Assembly: GCA_012295275.1 (NCBI GenBank)
Contig: CM022673.1
Location: 6,572,001 to 6,636,000, forward strand
Reading direction: 5' to 3'
DNA: 64,000 nt
Source of the DNA: Chrysomallon squamiferum
Taxonomy: Eukaryota > Animalia > Mollusca
Shown here in pieces: positions 55,641 through 64,000 of this stretch. The notes under the pieces are model-generated. The model searched no databases, was not told the origin of the DNA, and worked only from the letters and a program-made list of their open reading frames with translations. Each line of letters opens with the position of its first letter. Position 1 is the first letter of the stretch. The translations under genes were made by a program, and so were the position numbers.

Positions 55641-56344
55641 GTTCATGTGTCTTGTCTTTTCTTTATCTCTGTCTTTTTCTCTTTCTGATTATATTTCCTT
55701 TGTGTCTTTCACTCATTCTGTCTCTTTCCCCTGTTTATAGATTATTCTCATTGGTCTTCCAATTCTTACATTCATATATACTATTTCTCTTTTTTCTAAG
55801 GTCTGTCTTTTTCTCTTTCCCTGTGTCTGTCTGTCTGTCTCTCTCCACTTTTCTTTTCAATTTTTTATCACATTCTCTTAAATCTCTTTGTCTCTGTTAA
55901 TGGTTTTTATCTATTAAAGCTGATAACTATTCTCTTTTTTTTTCTCTCTGCATTTTCCATTTCTCTACTCTTATACTCTTCTATTTCTTTGAAATCTTCT
56001 TTATCTTTTCTTTTTTTTTTCTGTCTCTCATTTTACTTTCCTAATGTCCATTCATTTTATCTTTTTTTCTTTCTGTTCTTCTATTTCAGTCTTAATTTCT
56101 TTTCTCTTTCCATCGTTCTCTCTCTATATATATCATTCTCTTTCTTTCACTACTAACTGAACTATCATCAGTGGTCTAATGGAATTTTAAATTCTACCAG
56201 GCTGCTTTTGTTTATGTTTAGAGTTACTGATGTTAAAAATAACTGTATAGAGATACTGTAACAGAAAATTATTTATCACTTTTAGTATAGAGTTCTTTTG
56301 AACACAAATCAATACACATAAAATATTTATGATATATCACAGGT

Positions 56345-56630
56345 AAGGAATCAATAAGTGAATATTTGTTTAATAACATTTCAGTACATTTTAATGCTAA
56401 AAGTCATTAGATGTGAAATTAAGGTATCCGAGAATGGAAATGTACTACCAGTGTATGGGTTACTCCTGCTTACTGGCAGCAAAGGAATCTTTTATTAGAA
56501 CCTTCACATATAAGAAAAAAATCACACACAACAACCATAAATAGTTCATATACTTTTTCAAGTGTAAATGCCTCCACCAGTTTACATATTTCACCTCTTC
56601 ATTAGCAGTAAAGAATCTTTTGTAAGAACC
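56345..56630 (-). mobile_element. Decayed SINE body, reverse orientation, with partial internal duplication
   Basis: ATGGGTTACTCCT..GGCAGCAAAGGAATCTTTTAT is the reverse of the core. A second copy TAGCAGTAAAGAATCTTTT lies at ~56603. Confidence 0.55.
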
Positions 56631-58019
56631 TTATCGGTGACAGAATGTCTTCTATTACCATGAACAGACAGTCAGTCAGTGTGACACTGTTCTCAAAAGC
56701 AAAAGTTTTATTTTTATTTACATCAGTTGCAATTTATTTGCATTAAACAAAAAAAAACAAAAAAAGAAATTTCCACATTGCGAATTTAATTTCAAAAGGT
56801 CAAAATAAGTTAATTCAACCATTTTGAAATAACCTTTGAAATAATGTGAAAATAATTGTTACCATTATTCAAACACCACTGAAATTTACATGCTTTACAT
56901 TCACATCTCCATATCTCATATATAACAATACACACACTTCACCCATAATCTTCCTGTAGGCCATTTCTCTGATAACTGTAATAATGTAGAAATGATACTA
57001 CTATGTTTAGTAATTATTATCATGAATATACCACCCTGAAGACTGTTTCTGTAAGAAGAGTTTTCCAGAATTGTGAATTCTCACATTTTTAATTATATAG
57101 ACCCCACACTACATCCATCCTTGTAAATCAATTTCTGTGACAAGTATCATGTACTAAGACAATGGAATACATCAGACATTTAAACAGACCAGCTCAACTT
57201 TGCATTCTGTCCAGACCCCACCCTGTGTGTTTGCAGCAGGCCTATTACAGCAACAACCAATACAAATTAAAACAACATTAATGCACAAGAATATTAACAC
57301 CTCCACCTTTCAAACACCCCCCCCACTCCCACATCCTTCCTGTCGGCTGTTTGCCATGACAACCATCAACACATATTAAGGCAGGTGCCAAAACAAGAAA
57401 GAAATACTTTGGAAAGTCACACACACAAATGATATTTCATATTCTGCATTTAATAATGCCAGTAATTTACAGGTTCTTTTTGATGATGGTCTGGTGGACT
57501 GGGGTCCATGCCAACAGATAATGAAAAATAGATGAATGTTTGTTTAGCAAACTTATTTTTATGATAACAGTGACTTGTACTGTTCTGCATGTGGTATTGT
57601 GTTTGAATGGGAAACCTGCTGATGTCATTCTGTAGGATTTTCATTACGATTATTCAATAAAGTTTCATTTATGTGCACCTTCGCTTTGGCTGGGTAATGT
57701 GGATTCTGTCTTTTGGTTCAGATGCCTTGGAGTTCTGGTTCATGTCTTGAAATAAAGCACTGCATCATCCACTGATAATGATTGAACTCATGGAGTGTAC
57801 CATGTTTTAAATAGATATTTAACTGGTTTGCGTTTGGAAGAAGAAATAATGCAAAGGAACAAAACAGCATTCTGATTGTAAAGCTAAATGGAATTTTTTT
57901 CAATAATTCACCTCCTAGTCATCATCATTTTTATTATTATTATATGTTTTAATTTTTTTTTTAATTTTTGTTTTAAATTTTTTTAAAATTTTTTTTCTTT
58001 TTTTAAATAAATATAATTA

Positions 58020-58118
58020 GGCACACTGACTATAACAGGAAGTAAGCCAGTGGGTACACTGAGGGGAAGTGATCCTGTGTTCACTGGGTCTCAGATGAAT
58101 GGTGTATCTACATCCTGT
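58020..58118 (-). mobile_element. Decayed SINE 5' part
   Basis: CACTGACT..AGCCAGTGGGTACACTGAGGGGAAGTGATCCT resembles the reverse of the SINE head and the segment at 53272. Confidence 0.4.
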
Positions 58119-58559
58119 TGTTTTAATAAATGAAGATGTATTTTCTACAGGTGTAGGTTGCAGTGTAGACTGCATACTGAGTTAATTGTGACAGTGATAG
58201 AATCACTTCCACTCCTCTTCTGTTATTAGATATACCTAAAATGTCACACTCATTTTCAGAGATTTGTTCTTTCTCTAGTAATTTCCGTCGAAATTTGGAT
58301 TTATGTACATATACTTTAATGAAGTGGAAAAAATACTGTTTATATATACACATAAATGTGTGTTAAAGTGGTAATGGTTTTTAGTTTGAAAAAGATAAGA
58401 GTTTTGTTTTTAAAAGGATGGCTGGGTGTTTTGTGTGTGTGTGTGTGTGTGAGATGGGAATATATATTAGTATTTGTGAAAGTTTGATATATGTATTATA
58501 AGTATGAATTTGCAAGTGAGAAAAGGATAGAGAAAAAGATTGTGACTTTGTGTCTGCGC

Positions 58560-58596
<37 letters not shown>

Positions 58597-58932
58597 TGTC
58601 TGTCTGTCTGTCTGCTAGACTGAGGTGTGTATTTAAGAGTGTGTGTTTCTTGAGTGTGTATGGGTGGTGAGGGATGGGGGCAGGGCATTTGCATATACAT
58701 CTGTTATGATGGCAGAACGTTTTTGTGTATGAAAGTCAGAGTGTTCCTGAGACTTGCACTTAAAATTAAATCAACTGTAAAATATTACATGAAAGCACCC
58801 GACTGCCCTTATAAATCTTCATCTTAAAGCCATTTCATATTTCTTCAAAACAAATTTTGTATCCCGTGAAACAGAGATTTGCCATGCATTAGCATGTTAT
58901 GCAACACACATTGTTTTCTATCTTTTTAAAAC

Positions 58933-58968
<36 letters not shown>

Positions 58969-59864
58969 AACCTCTTTTTGTTAGCCTTTTTGTTTTCACT
59001 TCCAAAATGACAAGAGACAGAAAACAGATGGATGCAAAACTAGGACAACAGTGAAAAAAAAAAAATGAAGAATGAACTGAATGCATAACACTTTCTTTCC
59101 TCTTTTCTCCTTCCATTTTTCTTTTACGGTTATTATTATCATCATCATTATTATTATCACACTTTATTTTTGTATTTTTTCACCACGCACAAACACCAGT
59201 TGTAGCTTCGGTTTGCAAAGAACTTGTGACACAAAAATGGATTTGTTGCTTTGTTGATATTCCAGGGAATCGATGGAGAAAAGTTCATGTACTGATTAAC
59301 TTGGCTTTGAGTGCATTACTATGTGGCCACCCAATGTGTTGTGGCAGTATTCAATGATATTGATGTCATTTCCTTTGAGCCCAGATCCTTACCTTTTTAT
59401 CTTTGAGTGAGACTGCATTTGAATGGAGGTAAAGAAAAGAGAAAGAGGAAGAAAGAAAGACGATGTAATATGTTTCAGATTTAATTTTAATTTTTTTTTT
59501 TCATAACCTCTGTAACCTATCCGGAGAAAGCAGATCATTCTAGTGTTGTGTGTGTTAAACGGCAGCCACAGTTAATAAGACTTACACTGTTGACAGCTGA
59601 ATTGGTAGAGTTCCATTTTGTTGACAAAAGCATCAAGGTCATATGTTAATATCTGTTTATGGTTCAAAGATGCTTATCGTGGGATAAATAATGTATATGA
59701 ACATATGAGAAGGTTTAAGGTTATAAAAATGTATGTATGTATAGGTTTGTATATATATGTGTATGGTGGGTACTTTTGGTTGGAGCATCTTTGGTGATAC
59801 CTGTGTTATTGAACAGATGCTGTAATAGATCTAGACAGATTACATGTCAGTATACATCAAGATT

Positions 59865-60195
59865 TGAGTATGTCTATCATGGGATGCTGGTAATATACTG
59901 ATATACACATAGGTTATGCATGCCTATTGTAGGATGCTGCTTGCATGCTGACATATATAGAGAGAGAGGTTCAAGTATGCCTATTGTAGGATGCTGCTTG
60001 TATGCTGACATATATATAGAGGTTCAAGAGGTTCAAGTATGCTGACATTATAGAGAGAGGTTCAAGTATGCCTATTGTAGGATGCTGCTTGTATGCTGAC
60101 ATATAGAGAGAGAGGTTCAAGTATGCCTATTGTAGGATGCTGCTTGCATGCTGACATATAGAGAGAGGTTCAAGTATGCCTATTGTAGGATGTGG
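59865..60195. repeat. Young ~55 bp minisatellite with embedded variable (TA)n(GA)n
   Basis: GGTTCAAGTATGCCTATTGTAGGATGCTGCTTG(C/T)ATGCTGACATATAGAGAGA in about 5 near-identical copies. Confidence 0.95.
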
Positions 60196-61318
60196 ATAAT
60201 ACATTGTCAAATACAGATGTTTGAATCTACCTACAGTTAGATTTGTGTTATATATTGATAAGTCTGTAAGTTAAAATATGCCTTAATTCAAGTGATCTAT
60301 TGATCAGTTGAAATAGGTAATAATCACTTACTAATATTAATAAATAACATTAGCTTACATGCAACTGAGAGAACACCCTTCGATGCTACATCTGACATAT
60401 TTATTAATGTTCATGAATAAGCACAGAGGTCAAAGCACGCCTGCATGATCATATGTTCCGTATATTAATATGGATTCTTGGAGTAAAAGAGAACAAAGCA
60501 TGTCACCAGTTTAGAATATTCAATGAGTCTTGAAACATCTCTGATAGAAGATTGATCAACTGTTAGTTTAATTGGTGCGAAATAATTGATGGTTGTGTAA
60601 GATGAAGTGGATGAGTGTATAGAAAAAAATGATATATTTTTAAATAATTTTTTAAATATGTATTTTTTTAATTTTAAATTGATGATTCTTTGGAAGTATC
60701 TGAAGAGAAAAACAGTAATAACCTTGTTTGTAGGTTGTTCAGTACAATTTGATTGATGGAAATTAGTTTGAGTGGATGAATGGATGGATGGATGGATGGA
60801 GAGAAAGAATTAGTTAATGGAAAGATGGATGAAAGGACAAAAACGATGGATGAAAAAGTTGAGAACAGGTGGAGGAACAGAGAAAGACATAATAGATGAA
60901 TCATATTTCTGGATGGAGAGAAAGAAGGACATGAACGAATAATTTGTGATGACTGTAAATTGAAAGTAACTAGTAGATTGAAAGAAAAAAGATAACTGAA
61001 GACAGATTAATCAAACTATCAACAGATGTAGATGAATGTTGTAGGTGAATACTGATCTAAAATTATAAAACAAATTCTGTTCATGAAGATTTTCAAAATT
61101 TTCATCAACAAAAATTTACACAAAGAGAGACTGAGAAAGAAAGAAAGAAAATACACAGAGATGGAGATATTAAAAGCAATAGCAACAAGGAAAGATAGGA
61201 TAGAAATACCACGATAGGACATTATAGTACATTAAGAAACAATAAGGAGTTAAAAAAAAATTCTTAGAGAGACAAGAAACAGAAAGACAAAAAACAAACA
61301 GCAGGAGAAATGTAGGAA

Positions 61319-61360
<42 letters not shown>

Positions 61361-61869
61361 GTAAACAAGAAAAAAACGAATAAAAAGGTGATTCTTAAAA
61401 CCGCAGAAACAAAAACTTAGAACGTTTTACACGATTTCCATTTCACCCCCCCATTGCTCATTAAGCCAGGCCCCCCCCTGGGCTGGCGATGCCCGTGCAT
61501 GCAGAATTACAAGTCGGGCCTTTCTCCACCGCATCCATTCTTTTTAGAAATGAACTATTGATTTGAAATTTTAATTCCTTCAAATTGGCTATTGATCTGA
61601 ATTTTTTTTACATTTCACATCCACCATTGACAGGTTTGAGAGTAAATATTGGAGAGAAAAAGAAAAGGGGGGGTGGGTGTGAAAAAAACAAAAAAAAAAA
61701 AAAATGAAATGAGAAAGTAAAAAAAAACATTTAATACTTTTATTTGACTGTTAAACTGTGTTTTTTAATGGGGTTTTTTTTTTCAAATTCGTGGCATTTG
61801 TTGTAGTGTTCTGTAATGGTTTATTAATTATTGTGTTTATTTTGATAGAAGGTATTGTGGTATTCTTGT

Positions 61870-62610
61870 GATAGAATGTATTATGGTATTATGTGATTAC
61901 TAGGTTCATTTAAAAGAATGTATTATGGTATTGTGTTATTACAAGGTTCATTTAATAGACATACTATGGTGTTATGTTATTACAAGGTTCATTTAATAGA
62001 ACATATTACATTATTATGTTATTGCAAGGTTTGTTTAATAGAATGTATTATGTTATTGTAAGGTTCATTTAATAGAACATATTAAGGTATTATGTTATTA
62101 CAAGGTTCTTTAAATAGAATGTATTATGGTATTATATTATTACAAGGTTCATTTAATAGAATGTATTATGGTATTATGTTATTACAAGGTTCATTTAAAA
62201 GAATGTATTATGGTATTATATTAAGTTCACAATGTACATATATTACAGTATTAAGTTATTATAAGATTCATTTAATAGAACATATTATGGTATTCCATTA
62301 TAGATTTATTAATTAATAGGTTTAATTTAATACAGTGTAATATGATATATTATTATTGCAAGGTTTGTAGGTTCAGTTTAATATTAATTAATTTTTAGGT
62401 TCAGTTTAATACAATGTTATATCATATTTTGTTTTGCAGTATTTGTGCAGGTATAGGTTCACTTTAATACTGTGTACTGTTGTTGCAGTATTAATTAATT
62501 TATAGGTTCAGTTTAATACAATGTAATATGGTGTTGTGTTATTTTACAGTTCATTAATTTGTAGATTGATTTCAGCAGAATATTACTGTTACAGTATTAC
62601 AAGGTTTGTT
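61870..62610. repeat. 42 bp minisatellite, about 10 good copies, then decaying
   Basis: ATAGAATGTATTATGGTATTATGTTATTACAAGGTTCATTTA. The 14-aa periodic ORF 62092-62316 confirms the unit length. Confidence 0.95.
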
Positions 62611-63486
62611 TAATAAATTATTGTAAATAATCAATTTATTGTTTCCACCATCTGGTCATATATTTTGGTAGATACATTTTGATAATATTTTTAATTTCAT
62701 TGCAGTGTGTAGGATATCTGTTTATAAAGCTAATGAATTTATTATTTAATATATAGAAGAAAAATCAACAACACTTTTTCACAACTAATCATAAAGAAAA
62801 ACATCAGCAGATATTTTTCTGTGTGGAAGGAGAATATTTCTTATTTTTTTTATTTTTTGTCAAACATTACAGACATCAATATCTATTAACAATGTTTACT
62901 GTTAGAATTTTTCTGTTTGCTAAAATACCTTTGATCTTTCTTTTCCTCAGAAAATATTCAATATATACCATCTAGTTTTTCTTCTGTCATTCTTTTTTTA
63001 TATAATTTTCTTTCTTTTTGTTTTTCTTTCTTTCTTTTATCATTCCTTCCTTCTTTTTTTTTATTTTATTTTAGTTTTAGTTTTTATAGTCACTGTCTTT
63101 ATTTTTTTCCTACCTTCTATCTATTTTTCTGGAAAAATTGAGTTTCCAAAACCTGAGTGTATTGTGACCAAAAAAGAAAACTTATCTTGCTAATTTCCTG
63201 CAGAGTAGATAGAGTAACCTTCCAAAGACAAGATAATAAAAGAAACTGGTTAATTTTTTGAGTATGTCCAAATGTCAGTATGTATTTGTTTGCCTCCTTA
63301 TTTACAAACCTTTGTTTTATAACATTATATGATGCAAATTGTTTTTGTTTTTTTCTTTGAACTGCTAAGTATTGGGTTTAAGTCCCAAAGGCAGATTATT
63401 ACTTGAAAAAAGAAATTAATTTTAAAATTTTTGGAGGCTATGAAATGAAGTACTGTTATGTAGATGGTAGTTTGGGGGAAGATTTT

Positions 63487-63518
<32 letters not shown>

Positions 63519-63684
63519 CTCAATTTATAAATTTTTTTTAATTATTATTTTTTTTTTTTAACATTTTTTATGACACATTTAGCAGAAATTCTATAATTAA
63601 ATTCCTTTAAAAAAAAAAAAAACCTTTCGACTGCTATTTAGTTTGACCAAATAGTGAGAAATTTGTACACTCATGCACACACTA

Positions 63685-63922
63685 TTACACACATACATGC
63701 ATACATACATACATACATACACTTATGCATTCAGACACACACACACACTAACACATGCTAACATTTTACACACATACATGCATACATACATACATACACT
63801 TGTGCATTCAGACACACACACACACTAACACATGCTAACATTTTACACACATACATGCATACATACATACACTTATGCATTCAGACACACACACACACTA
63901 ACACATGCTAACATTTTACACA
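63685..63922. repeat. ~75-80 bp tandem repeat x3 with embedded (CATA)n and (CA)n
   Basis: CACTT(A/G)TGCATTCAGACACACACACACTAACACATGCTAACATTTTACAC three times. Confidence 0.95.
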
Positions 63923-64000
63923 TCTGTATATCATACCGTATTGCTGAACATGTAATTAAAACTGTTTATTTGGACACACACACATACTGATTATTTTTAC

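Noticed and set aside
58130-58156. miR-993-like sequence (GAAG...TTTCTACAGGT)
   Set aside because: The seed differs and there is no convincing hairpin. The partial miR-31-like GGCAAGATGT at ~35685 was rejected for the same reason.
59393-59412. 20-nt minus-strand exon candidate (ATGCAG|...AAAG|GTAAGG)
   Set aside because: The pyrimidine tract is separated from the AG, it lies on the opposite strand to the better candidate, and such pairs arise by chance here.
59865-60195. CRISPR-like repeat-spacer array
   Set aside because: The variable part between repeats is only a (TA)n(GA)n microsatellite, not unique spacers. The context is eukaryotic and has no cas genes.

Overview
AT-rich (roughly 30% GC by eye), microsatellite-dense animal DNA with no recognisable protein-coding gene. 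ORF-track entries are mostly read-throughs of (GT)n, (GA)n, poly-A/T or trinucleotide tracts, and the rest match no protein family I recognise. It looks like a very long intron or a gene desert. Heavily decayed tRNA-derived SINE fragments resemble, from memory, the molluscan Meta-domain SINE body, which suggests a mollusc, probably a gastropod (inference). The main structure is a repeating architecture. Islands of complex, GC/CpG-richer sequence (about 250-600 bp), dense in homeodomain, Pbx/Meis, X-box, CRE-like and nuclear-receptor motifs, recur about every 1-1.5 kb. Low-complexity linkers separate them and show a polarity: A/purine/CA-rich before an island, T/pyrimidine/GT-rich after it. The linkers carry more than 15 unrelated local minisatellites. 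One strong + strand exon candidate lies at 22211-22250 and a possible 24-nt microexon at 9559-9582. All calls were made by eye, and no search or computation was run.
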